A DNA stretch of 64,000 bases, taken from Monocercomonoides exilis PA203 (Eukaryota; Protista; Preaxostyla). The stretch covers positions 124,001 to 188,000 of the forward strand of contig LSRY02000048.1 in the NCBI GenBank assembly GCA_001643675.2, given 5' to 3'. The notes below the pieces were generated by a model, which worked only from the letters and a program-made list of their open reading frames with translations, made no database searches and was not told the DNA's origin. Position 1 is the stretch's first letter; each line of letters begins with the position of its first letter. The translations under genes and the position numbers were made by a program. Shown one piece after another: positions 13,052 through 25,149 of the stretch.

Positions 13052-14234
13052 AACAAAAGCTCTTTTGTTAATATAACTGTTTATTTTTTCACTTTTTTAT
13101 TTTGATTATTTAAAACTTGTTTTATTATGATCAGCAAATTTTTTCTTATCATATCAATATATTTTTATGTGAAAAATAAAAAGAATTGAATAATTTTATG
13201 CTTTTGTGTTTTTTCCAAAAATAATTGATAAACAATAAAAATAAAAAAATTTGACAACATGAAATTCAACATGTTTCAATTAAAAACATTAATATTTTAT
13301 TTCAATTTTTATATACGTCATTTGCAAATAATAAATTAATAAAAATAAGAGAAGAATGTACTTTTATTTAAATATGATCAATCACCAGGAATATTTGATA
13401 TTTGCATTGACTCAGTCAAATCGATTTTTGTCTGGTTAATCGAATATTACTAATTTTTATCGAATTTCCCTCAATCTCACCGAGGGTGAAATTGTGATTT
13501 TTATGATCAAAAGTTGTGATCGTTCATTTTTTTGTATTGTTCGTATTTAACCTTATTAAAGTTATTATTGTTTAATTTTTTAATATGTTACTATTTAATT
13601 TGTGTTTTTATTCTCTATTTATGGTATTTTTTTTGTGTTTTTCAAGTTTGATTCAGGTTTTTGAAAACTTCACATTTTTGTAATTGTGACGTTGTTATCA
13701 GCTTTATCTCTTGAAATGATGAAAAAATAGAAAGCATTTTATATAATTAACGTTTGCGTATTATAATAATTATCACTTTTTCATTTTCATAAAATGCTTT
13801 CATTTTTCACTTTTTTTCTTGTGCAGATTGTTTTTTACTCTATTGTTTTTTGATGTTTTGATATTTTCGAACAACAAACAACAAATAAAAAGCTATTTAT
13901 TCATATTATTCTCTTATTTGTTTTTTGTAAGGAAATCTGAAAGATGTTTTCAAAAACATATGATTCTTTTTTTGGAATGTTCAATAGCGAAATGGGAATT
14001 ATCAAAATCACATTTTGTATGTGACATTAATTATTTAATCTTAATTTAAAACGAATTGAATGAAAATAATTCACGAAAAAATCATTAAATTTGTTATTCT
14101 TAAAAATTGAAAAAACATCCAATTTAAACAATTATATATTATTTTAATAAAGCATTAAAAGAGAAATAACAAAGTTTTAACTTGAAATATTTTTTGTTCA
14201 ATTAATGATCAGGAGACCCAGAATGGAAATGATC

Positions 14235-14333
14235 GGATGTGACTGAGTCACATCCAATTTGACTGCGTCTTAATGGCATTAGATCAATCTTATTGGATGT
14301 TGACCGATCTAATGCCACTTGACGCAGTCAAAT
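14235..14333. repeat. pair of TGAC-rich palindromes/hairpins
   Basis: GGATGTGACT-G-AGTCACATCC (14235-14255) and a 13+12-bp stem at 14257-14333. Confidence 0.8.
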
Positions 14334-14513
14334 CAATCAAGTTCTATTTGACAACTTCTGAATTGAGTATGTGATTTCAAATTCATCACGAAAATTACAT
14401 TAAGAACAATCTTATTCAAGTTTCACACATCTTTTCCAAATTTGGATCAACTTTTTTTGGTCGTTTTCAGGAATTATCAAATCTTCCATGTTGATCAAAC
14501 TTTTTTTCTATTT

Positions 14514-14753
14514 GCGTAATTCTTTTTGAAAAGTCGCAAATGTTTAATTTTCATATAAATCAAAAATTTCACATTTTGCTCACATTTCTGTTTCCACTCA
14601 CGAATCTTCTTGAGAATGTTTGAAATTACATTATCCAGAAATTGATTCCATTAAAGTGAAGTTTGGTGTATGTTAACATAATTTTGAGAAAAATTAGAAA
14701 ATTTTTATTTATTTGAAAATTTAACATTTGCGACTTTTTATAAAGAATTACCT
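14514..14753. mobile_element. MITE family B (GGGTAA...TTTTGAAAAGTCGCAAATG TIR), 240 bp
   Basis: Imperfect TIRs; TSD ATTT (14510-14513, 14754-14757); same length as 24615-25111 once its nested insert is removed. Confidence 0.8.
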
Positions 14754-15192
14754 ATTTGTTTATCTTTGTAAAAAAAAAGTGTTGTTGTAATTTCAAAAGT
14801 GTGTTAATAAGTATCAATTAATCAGTTTCCACATTGTTTTTCTTTGTTAAATCTGTTCAAAAAGCCGACTTCATTTGTATTCATTTTTAGTGTTTTCCAC
14901 AATGTTAATAAAAGCATTTTTCAATCATCTGAGGGGAAATTCAAATTGTTGAGTGAAATAATGAAATTCACCTTGGTTCAAATAGTGAATTTCATCAATT
15001 TCCAATAAAAGAGATCTTTTTTCATATCATTTTGTATTTTTTTGACAATGAAATCATAATTAAAAAAGGAAAAAATCTTTAACAGCTTGTTTTTGTTATA
15101 AATAAAATTGCGTTAGTGTGTTTCAATAATAAAATATTAATTGCATAATTTATGACTCGATAGCAGCTCCTGAAACACGCTGTGAGTGATTA

Positions 15193-16726
15193 CTTATTCT
15201 TTCTGGAGAGTTATTGAAGCAGCAGCAGAAGAAGAAGAAGAAAAAGAAAAAGAAAAAGAAAAAGAAAAAGGGGAAGAAGTGGAAGCAGGAAAAATAGAAG
15301 GAAAACAATCAGATTATGATAAATTGAAAAATCTGATCAATTCCCATTGATTTGGCAAATGCCACGATTTGGAGAAATCTTTATGATCATCGCTTTCGAT
15401 TTCTTTTTCTTTTTCATTCATATTTTTCTTTCCTCTTTCTTCTTTTTCAATGATCTTCAATTTTTTTTCTCATTTTCATTCTTTTCTGAAGAAACTCGAA
15501 TATCTGGTTTTTCGTCGATATCAGAAAATTTTAAAATATAAATTATTGATATTTGTGTAATATAAAAAATTTTTAGGCATTTTTATTATCAATATAATAA
15601 TAGAGAAAAAAAGGAAAGCAGGCCTTTTTTTAAAACACGAATGGATGTGCTTCTGGAGGCAGGTGAGGAATATGGATTGAGTCGGTTTTTAAGTCGAATT
15701 CGATATTGTTCATTAGATCTTTGTTTTGCTTCATGTCTCTGAATGTTTAGAACTTGAAGATCGGTGATAATACGAAGATTTGCTTCCATATCGCTCGTAG
15801 TTAGTGTGTTTTGTTAAATATGGAAATTTGTTAGACAAGCAGCTGCAGCAAAATAACTTCCAATTTAATCAGTATCAAATAGCCAGTTTTGTCGAAACAC
15901 AGCAAAAATCGTTTTCATTCGCCCAAAAAATCTTTCTATAATAACCACATGTTTCGCCAACTCTGGGGCTCCTGCTTGTTTTGTAATGACTGCACCAAAT
16001 TCCGACTTAACTCTCATATAAGCCGAATCTGCAATAATTTTCGATCCTCCAAGCTTTGAACAGAATATGGGATAATCGTCCTTGAAAATTGTGTAGTTAT
16101 GGGATTAACCAGGGAAAATGTCATAAATTGCACTTGCAGTTCCAACTTTTAAATTCACTCCAGCTTTAACCTTTGTGCAATTTACATGGTGTTTTCCACT
16201 GAAGAATTTTTTTTGCGTGATAATGTTCTTTTCGGTCTGTTGGTCGGTATAATCGTGCAATCCACAGCCAGTGAAACATCTCTCAATTCGTCAGCACGAT
16301 CATGCCTGTTAGTTAAAGAAAAATATCAATTAGCAGAAATTCGATATCTTTTGCAATGCTATGAAGAAGTTGTGCTGTTGCTCCAAGAGTTTATTGGTGG
16401 GATGATGCTTGATGATGAGTTAGAGTTGAAGAACCTAGATATAGAAAATTTAGAAGAAGAAATAGTTGATCATCAAAATTGCTAATTGTTTTTTCTCTTC
16501 CTCTATGTTGAATTGTTTCGTGTTGAATAATTCGAATAAGAAGATCACATTCGTTTCTGGCAAAACCAGTGAGACGAAAGAACACTTGCAAAGGGTTTTC
16601 AATACGTTTTAATGCATATTGGATTACCGTTTCTTTTTTAATTACTTTTTTAATTTCAACATGTTGCGGAAGTGCGATTCTTTTTTCCACGTGCTCCAAA
16701 ATATCCAAATATTTGTTTTGTGACAT
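15193..16726 (-). pseudogene. PIF/Harbinger/ISL2EU-like DDE_Tnp_4 transposase, copy 1
   Basis: FRLTGF helix region, AVDCT, IIADSAY-x-IIERFFGRMK; stops and frameshifts; tail motif WHLPNQW. Confidence 0.85.
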
Positions 16727-17738
16727 TGCAAAAAAACACTCTTATACTGGAAATTGATCACAATTCCATTACTCATAAATCGGTTTGAAGATCAATTTCC
16801 CAACATTTTATCAATTGAAATTTTCTGAATCAATATGAAATTGATTATGACTTATTGAAATTGCATTATTATAAACACAATTTTGTTTATCCTCAAATGA
16901 AATTGATAGAGAAAATTTGAAAAAGGAAAATTGAGACAAAAACGATATGTCCATGTTATAACGTATTGTGAATATCAAATCATTTTTGATCTTACTATTT
17001 CGTCGTGATTAATTCAAAACGGTTGTGGTTTTATCACGAAGGGCCGTTTCGCGGATTTTTGAAAATGATGTTTGTTGATCATATATTTTTTTTTCTTTCC
17101 ATTTCTTATAAATAACGTTTCAAATATATGCAGCATTAAGATATGTTTTGAATTATTGAATTTTGAATGTTTATTCATGATCATTATACTCAACTTTTTT
17201 CAGATCTTACTATTTTTTAACAATATCATTTTTTTGACTTATCAAGGTGGAAAACATAACCTACATCGGAAGTTCAAAGTGAATTTGCTTTTTTAATGAA
17301 AGTATCTATGAAACAGAGATTCACAGCAACGTCTTTACTTATATAAAAAACTTTTGCGTTGAATATCACTAATAACATTTTTTCATATCATTTTGGGTTC
17401 AAAACGTGAAATAAAGTTCTATTTTTTAAGTTATTTTTTTAAACAAAAATCGTTTTTTTCAAATAATTGTTAGTTGTTTATTGTGTTAAATAATTGATGA
17501 AAAATATACAAAAAGGAGAGGGGAAAACTTTTGGAGAAAAAACAAACGTAATAAATATAAAAATTTAAGAAAAGATATTAATTTCGATGAAAATATATAA
17601 AAGACAATTATTTAAGGACTGTAAACATTCAAAAGACACTCGAGAACAGTTTGCTTGTGTTGGTATTGTTTTGAACTGGGGACTTTTTGATTTTTGCAGG
17701 ATTTTGCTGGTGCTTTTGCAATACACAAACAATCGTTA

Positions 17739-19621
17739 TCAGTAGTCTGGCTGTGTTCTGTTTGAATAAACTGAGTGGAAGAAGGAGGATGGATAGAGGA
17801 AGTGTGATAGGGTTTTATTCTTTGAAAGTTCGAATTGTTCTAGATTGAGGGATCGTGGTTGCGATAATGAACTTGAAGGCTTTTGCTTTCCCAATGTTGG
17901 TTGAGACGAATGAAAACTTGGATTAGTTTCAATTGAACTTGACATTGATGGAAGAGAAAAAATTGAAAGTGGAGAAGAAGTTAAATGAATTGTATTAGTG
18001 GAAGTTTCTCCTTCATTCATAAATGTTTCTTGTGATGATTGCAACTCAGATGAATGAGAAAGTGTTGTTTGATTAGAAATAAGAATTGTCGTTGGATATT
18101 GTGGAGATACAGATGAAGCTGGTTGAGTTGTTGATGAAGATGATGTTTCATATGAAGAAGAAAAAAGGTTATGTTTTGGTGGGAACAGAACAGAAGAAGA
18201 ATTAGATGATGTTGAAGTTATAAAAGAAGAATTGCAAGAAGAAAAAGTTGCTTGGCAGACTTCCATTAATTAGAAAGCAACCATTTCAAAAAAAAATAAA
18301 TGTTATCTGTTGCAAAACTTTCATTTCAATCAGAAATCAATAATTCTTGATTATCTTTATTCATCGTTTAAACAACTTTCTGATCTCAATAGCTTTGACT
18401 ATTTTCATCATTGATCTGTATTTTTTGCTCAAGTGAATCATCACTCGAATAAATAAATTTGTATGGTATTTAAAAAAAAATTTTGAATTATATTGTTAAC
18501 TTTAATAAAGTCAACATGAGTAAAATATGAAAATTCTAACAATCTTCAAGCGAATGCAAAGATGTTTAAGTTGAAGTTGGAGTTGAACTTGTGTTCAATC
18601 GATTAATTTATCTGGCTCTGCATTTTTCATTTGCTTGTTCCTTTTTCTGTCTTTTTTCCTTAACTTTTGTAACTAGATCAGAGAGGAAAAGTTGATTTGC
18701 CTCAGAATTTTCCTCCGATAATTGGTTATGTGGCATGTGATAATTTGTTAAACAGCACGCAACGTAAAAATTTTTAGGGGACAAGGTCGACGAAATATTG
18801 AAAATTATGTTTTCTAACGACAAAAAAAAGCGTTCGACTATTTTTTCATGTGTAACAAGCTCTGGTGCTCCAACAAGTTTGTTTATTATTGTTCCAAATT
18901 CACTTTAAACACCAACATAAGCCGAATCTGTAATGATTTTTCCTCCTTGCAAGCGTGATGCGAACTGAGAGTTATGCTCACGAAACACCACATAGTTGTG
19001 AACTACTCAGTCATGAACCTTGATGACTTTGCTTGCAGTTTCCGTTTTCTGATTCACTCCAACTTCAACTTTTACACTATTATATTTGTGCTTTCCACTT
19101 TAACAATTGCTTTTTTAATTAAATTCTTTCCCTATTTTGCTCACCGGAAAAACTGAACAATTTTTAAATAAAAACTCCTCCATTTCACGAATTTTTCCAG
19201 GTCTAAAAGTGAGAAAAACATCAGATAAAGAGACTTTGATTGATCGCAAGAATGAATGAATAAGTCAAAGAGTTGATTCATGCGTTTTAAGAGGTGAGGT
19301 GATAAGATGAGAAACAGTTGGTGATCCAAAATGAAAAAAATTTTAATAGCAAGAATAATTGATTGTCCAATTTTTCAATAACTCTGCCTTCACACGGATG
19401 AGGGTATATCTCGGGTTGAACATGACGAACAAGAAGATCAAACTCACTCTATTTGAAACCAGTCATTCTGAAAAAGCCAAAATCTTCGTCAGAAAATTTG
19501 GATAATGCATCTTCAATCATGGACATTATTTTCTCTTCCACTTTTTGATGAGAAAATTTGGGTAAAACATTCCTTTCTTCAATATGAGAAAAAAATCATC
19601 CAGAAAATTAGATTGACTCAT
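17739..19621 (-). pseudogene. PIF/Harbinger/ISL2EU-like DDE_Tnp_4 transposase, copy 2, with Ser-rich last exon
   Basis: FRMTGF, IITDSAY-x-IVERFF, ACCLTNYH; first-D region not recognisable; tail motif WLLSN*W. Confidence 0.75.
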
Positions 19622-20428
19622 TTTCAGAAGAAGATAAAAAAAATGATCGAATAAATACATTATAAAAAATAATTTTTGTGATCGTTTTTGTTTCACCTTT
19701 TTTTTAAATTCATAGTGAAAGAATCAAATCGTTTTATCTTTGACTTTTTTGTTTTTAGCATTTGATAAAAAGAGATTGATGAATGCCATTGCAATTGACA
19801 AAAACACAACGTTTAAGTTCCAGAAGACGTTTTTCTAATCTTGGACAAAAAATTAATTTGTTTTAAAAACAAAAATGTCAACATCTTTTTTGGAATTGAT
19901 TCAATCAAATTGGAACTTTCTCAATCTAACTTGGTCCAAAATAGGAATTACGAAATGTTTGAAAAACTGATCTTATTATTTTTTTGTTTCTTCTTTTATT
20001 TGATTCCTTCGTTTCGATTATTCACAAAACTTTGATATTTTATGCATCTATATAAAATTCATGGTGTTTTGATCTGTTTTTAGCAAATTTTGAGTTTTTT
20101 TAATAGTTCAAAAGGTTTGCATTAATTTTTAATTCTTTCACATGATATACTTACGATTAACCATTTAACGATTTCAAATGATTATTTTCACATGTTTTAA
20201 GCTATAAACAGCTGTGCCGTTTTATTTTAAATCAGGATCATTATTAATTCAATTTCAACGTTTATTTCAAATAAAACTTAAGGGAAAACAACGATTTTTG
20301 TTTCATTTCAATATTTTTCATATAAACATTCTTGTAAACAAACAATAAGTTAAATTATTTATTCTCTTTTATTTTTTTTTTTATAAAAAGGTGAATGATT
20401 AAAAAATTGGAAAAATTACTGAAAAAAA

Positions 20429-21953
20429 CTAATTCCTTTGTTCCAAAAGCAGCCTTAAAGGACTTGGAGTGATTCTTTTTTCCTTTTCCGCTTCTGTTAA
20501 ATGCAGTGTTGTAGGAAAAGGAGATAAAGAAGATGCAGAAGAAGGTTTAATTGATTTCCACTGACCTGGTAAATACCAGGCCATGGAATTATCATCTTCG
20601 TCACTATCATTTTCTTCCAAATCAATCCTTTTCGTTTCATTTCTATCTTTTTCTTCTTTTTCTTCTTTTTCTTCGATTTTTCGCTTTTCTTTCTTTTCTT
20701 CTTCACATTTCTTTTTCAGTGCGCCTTCCTTTTCATTCTGTGAAATATCTGAATAAAAAAATGAGAAAATATATTGGTTGAAAGAGTTTTCAAAAAAATC
20801 ATATAAAAGATAATAAATTAAAATATGGGCAATGGAATGAATAATAAACTGTCTATTTGTGCGTGAAAAGTAGTTATTGTGGGTGTAATTGACAAGCTCG
20901 GATTTAATCTGTTTTTCAATTTTATTCGATATCTCTCATTCGCTATTAGTCTTGCTTTTTGTTTTTGTAAATGCTCCGTCCACAAGTTTTCCAAAATATG
21001 CTGATTTCCTTCCCCATCTGCCCTTGTCAATGGATTTCGTAATATTTGAAAATTTTTCAAACAACAAACGACATTAAAATAATTTGCAACATTCTCAACT
21101 TCAAATAGTCATTGTCTTCGAAAGATTGAAAACAGAGTTTTCAATCGACCAAAGAATCTTTCCACAATGACTCTATGTGTGGCCAGCTCAGGTGTGCCAA
21201 CAGGATCGGTGACAATTGCATCGATATCTGTGCGAGCTCCGATGAAGGCTGAGTCTGCAAGAATCTTGGATTTACCCAGCTTTGGTACAAATATACGGTT
21301 GTGGTCTTTGAATATTGTGAAATCGTGCGTTGATTTTGTGTATATAGAACTTATCGTGCTGGCAGTCCCGATCCTGGGATAAACTTCAACTTCAGCTTTC
21401 ACACAGAAAATGTGATGCATTCCGCTAAAGTACTTCTTCAAGAATTCCTGTCTTCCTCTTGACCTATTCGTGGGAATGACTGTACAGTCAACAACGAGGC
21501 AAATTTCCTTCATTGCTTCGATTTTGTCAAGACGAAATGACAGAAACAAATCAGCTAATGAAGCTTTTAGATGAGAAATTGTTGAGTGAAGGAGTCGAAT
21601 AGACGAGTTTGAAATTGAGTTTTGGTAGTGCAATGGTGTGTGTAAAAAAATGCAAGATCTCTGATGATGGAAATTCAACAAAAGAAAAAGTTGTTCTTCA
21701 AATGTGTCGATGGATTTTGTTTTTCCTCGATGAAAAAGAGCATCATCAGGAAGAAGATGAAGAAGGAAGTCGAACTCTGAACGAACAAAGCCGGAAAGTC
21801 TGAAAAAGGCACGAGAAGGATCGTTCACTCGTTTACACGCAATATCGATTATAGAAGGGTGATCATCAGTTTTTGTTGATTCGAAGTGTTCTGGAATAGC
21901 GTTTCTTTTTTCCACGCTTTCCTTATTTTTTTAAAGAATGATTCTTGTGATAT
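20429..21953 (-). pseudogene. PIF/Harbinger/ISL2EU-like DDE_Tnp_4 transposase, copy 3 (best preserved)
   Basis: ORF 21109-21915: VVDCT, KYFSGMHHIFCVK, STHD, LADSAF, RVIVERFFGRLK. Premature TGA, lost ATG, probable intron about 20749-20849, tail motif WYLPGQW. Confidence 0.9.
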
Positions 21954-22606
21954 GAAAAAAAAATTTCAACAACAAAAAATTGATCAAACCCATTTTTTGA
22001 AAATATTTTCAGAAAAATCACAAACCCAGAATTTGTTTTATTGGTTATGATTTTATGAAATAGGTTTTATGTTGATATTTTTGGTATTAAATACCACTTG
22101 TTGGTCTAAGTCAAAGCTAATACAGCACTACAAAGCAATTTCGTTCAATGTCAAATATTTTTTGACCAAATGACACAGTCAATTCTATTTATCAGAAAAC
22201 TAAATTATTGTTATCTAATTTTTTCATTCTTTCTTATTTTTGTTTTTTCTCCGTTTTTCAACTGTGATTTGTTAAATATTTTTCAAAATATGATTTTTTT
22301 TTCTGTTTTTTATTTATGTTTTGAAATTTTAATAATAGCCAGACACTTTCCAAAATCGCGGACAATGATATTTGTTGTGAAAATGTTGATTTAAAATTTA
22401 AATATGAAAATTAAACTTTTTCTAAATTAACTTTAGAATCATTAATTTTATTTTTGGTTCATGAAAAGTGATGAAATACAGTAAATAAATAAATAAGATG
22501 GAATAATAGTACATTTATTTCACTTTTGCTTTGTCAACAAATGTTGTGTGAAAACAGACGAAAACCTTAGATATTTCTAAAAAAACATGTCAAAAACGAA
22601 AAACAA

Positions 22607-22608
<2 letters not shown>

Positions 22609-22640
<32 letters not shown>
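22609..22640 (+). repeat. A32 homopolymer
   Basis: Direct count; followed by CAGAAAA. Confidence 0.9.
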
Positions 22641-22641
<1 letters not shown>

Positions 22642-22879
22642 AGAAAAAATCGAGGCATGAGAATGGAAATAAAAGATAATGAAAGTATTATTGATATTTC
22701 AAATATTGAAATTATTCAAATCAATAAACCAAGAAAATAAAAATAAAAACTAGTTTTAATATATTAATTCATAACAAAAACAAAACTTTTTGCTTTTTTT
22801 AAGCTTTGTTGAAACAAATTCAACGTTTTTAACCGAAGTTGAATATTGAACACTCATAAGTTAACACGATCAAATGTTG

Positions 22880-23480
22880 ATTTATATGATATGAAGAGAT
22901 CTTGCAACTTTGAAACTTATTGACAAATATCTTCTGCAGAAAATTACACTCTGCGGTGTTAATCATATCGGTGCATAAATAATCCACCAATTGAGAAGAA
23001 TGAATGGATGAGTTCCAAAATATCCTCCAAATATCAATGATACATTTCCTTATGTCAAAATGAAGATCTTTGTCTGTAAATTTGTTCTATAAAGTGTGAT
23101 AGTGCACTGAAAGACTGTGTAAAGCATTGAAGATTCGCATCCGAATGATAACAGCACACTTTGCAATGTTTTTGCATTTGAAATGGGGAAGGATCGTGAA
23201 TACCATAAAAATGTCTATAAAATCAAAATAATTAATAATATTTCCGAAAAATTTTTGCACCTGTCAGAAATTGAATTAGACAACAAACAATTCATTGAAG
23301 AAATTCGAAAATATATAAAGAAATAAGAATTGAAAAATTCTAATTGTGAGAAAGTTAATTCATTGATAAAGTTTCTCAAACTTATGGAGCTATTCTATCT
23401 TTTGAATTTACTGGAGTGAAATAAGAGAAAGAACATATAGAGAAGACAATGATGATGAAAATTACAAAATACGTTGAAAT
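22880..23480 (+). pseudogene. possible Kolobok/Mutator-like transposase relic
   Basis: Manual translation through stops gives RDLATLKLIDKYL..CGVNHI, SIEDSHPNDNSTLC, NSNCEKVNSLIK, AILSF, in an order resembling Kolobok-type motifs. Confidence 0.3.
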
Positions 23481-24614
23481 TATATAAAAAATGAAAATCA
23501 ACTCGTTCGTTTCAGAGAAACTACATCTCTTTCAGAGAAAAAATTTTTGCTCTTGTATTCTAACTGCAAATATGTGTGAAATTTAAGAGAAAAAGTACCA
23601 ATTCGCATATGAAAAGTTTTTTTCATATGATTGACGAAAGATTTATTTTTTAACATTGTGTTTATGAAATGCACGTAATATACCGGCTATTATTAAAAAA
23701 AATAAAATTATTTTGTAAATCACCATTCTTCATCAATTATTGTTATTGAGAGATTTTATGTTGCAATCAATAAACTGATCTAGCATTAAAGCAACACACT
23801 GTTTGATTTTCCAAGTGTTTCTATTACAAAAAAGTTGAGAATTAAAAAACGACAACGAATTATCAGATTATTTCAAAAAAAATTGATTCAAATATTATTT
23901 TCCACACTTCGCAGTTGAAATTGGTAATTGTTATAAAAATGATAAAATTTCTTCTCAATCATCTTAATAACAAAAATGCATCCACATATTGTTCATTTCC
24001 AAGTTGCAAACAATTCCACTCCGCGATGAGTTTCAAGTTTTGCCTTTCAAAAGATGATCTGAATTAATTGATAAATGAATAACAATTAAGAGAAGTTATT
24101 TAAAACGCATTATTTGAAAGAAAAGAAAAGCAAAACATTTGTTCACAAAAAATACTCCGGAAACGCCGAAAGAAAAAGATGTTGAATTATTTGAGTCAAA
24201 CTAAAATCTGCAAAGAACAAAACACAAGGTATATAAATTGCCACAAGACCTGCAAGAAGTTTAAACAATATGATAAATTGTGTGATGATTATTTCACTTC
24301 ATTCAGCATTGATGCTAACCTGAAAAATTTCGATATTCAATTTATTAACTACACAAAAAAAGAAAGAAAGAAAGAAAGAGATTCATCTCAGTTTAAACAT
24401 AACACACACAAAGATGATTACACACATTAATTCACCACTTTCATGATCGGACGATAAATTATTCGGTTAGAAGTTTGTTTTGAATATCTCCATTCCAAGT
24501 TTCGATCCCTGAACCTTTTCGTAATTAGCTTTTTTTTTCAGTTCTTTTTAAAAATGATAAAACTTTCTTTTTCTTTTGATTTGTTTTTAAAAATTCTTCA
24601 TTATTTTTTCATTT

Positions 24615-25111
24615 GGGTAAATATGGGTAATTATTTTTGTAATCATTTTCCTTCATTCAAAATTTTCGGTTCAAAAATTTCCTTAAAAATATGGATTAAT
24701 GATCACTGAAAAGTGAAAAAGCACTAAAAAGAAATTTTTTTTTTATTTCAGATGAATCATTTTTTTTTAACAGTTGCGATAAATTTAGCATCTTATTTCA
24801 AAAGCTCTTCCCAATGACAAACATAGTTTGAAAAATCTGCAACCCGGAAAAAGTTATGATTACAAAAATAATCACCCATATTTTTGAAAAGTCGCAAATG
24901 TCTAATTTTCAAATAAATCAAAAATTTCATATCTTGATCAAATTTCGGTTCCCGCTCATGCAACTTTCCTAAAGCGGAGGATATAATTTGACAATGCCAT
25001 TTAACCCATTCCTGTGTAGTTTCAAGAGCTCTAACCGAAATTTGATCAAGATATGAAATTTTTGATTTATATGTAAATTAGACATTTGCGATTTTTCAAA
25101 AATATTTACCC
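24615..25111. mobile_element. MITE family B with a family A MITE inserted in its left TIR
   Basis: After removing 24625-24881, about 37-bp TIRs are restored and the length is 240 bp; TSD ATTT (24611-24614, 25112-25115). Confidence 0.9.
24625..24877. mobile_element. MITE family A, 253 bp (nested)
   Basis: 22-bp TIR; TSD ATAT (24621-24624, 24878-24881). Confidence 0.9.
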
Positions 25112-25149
25112 ATTTCTTTTTCTTTTATTTCAGACACTTTCTTCTGTTG

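Noticed and set aside
17041-22365. TIR pair around Harbinger copies 2 and 3
   Set aside because: Only loose similarity (CGCG.ATTTT.GAAA) and no TSD.
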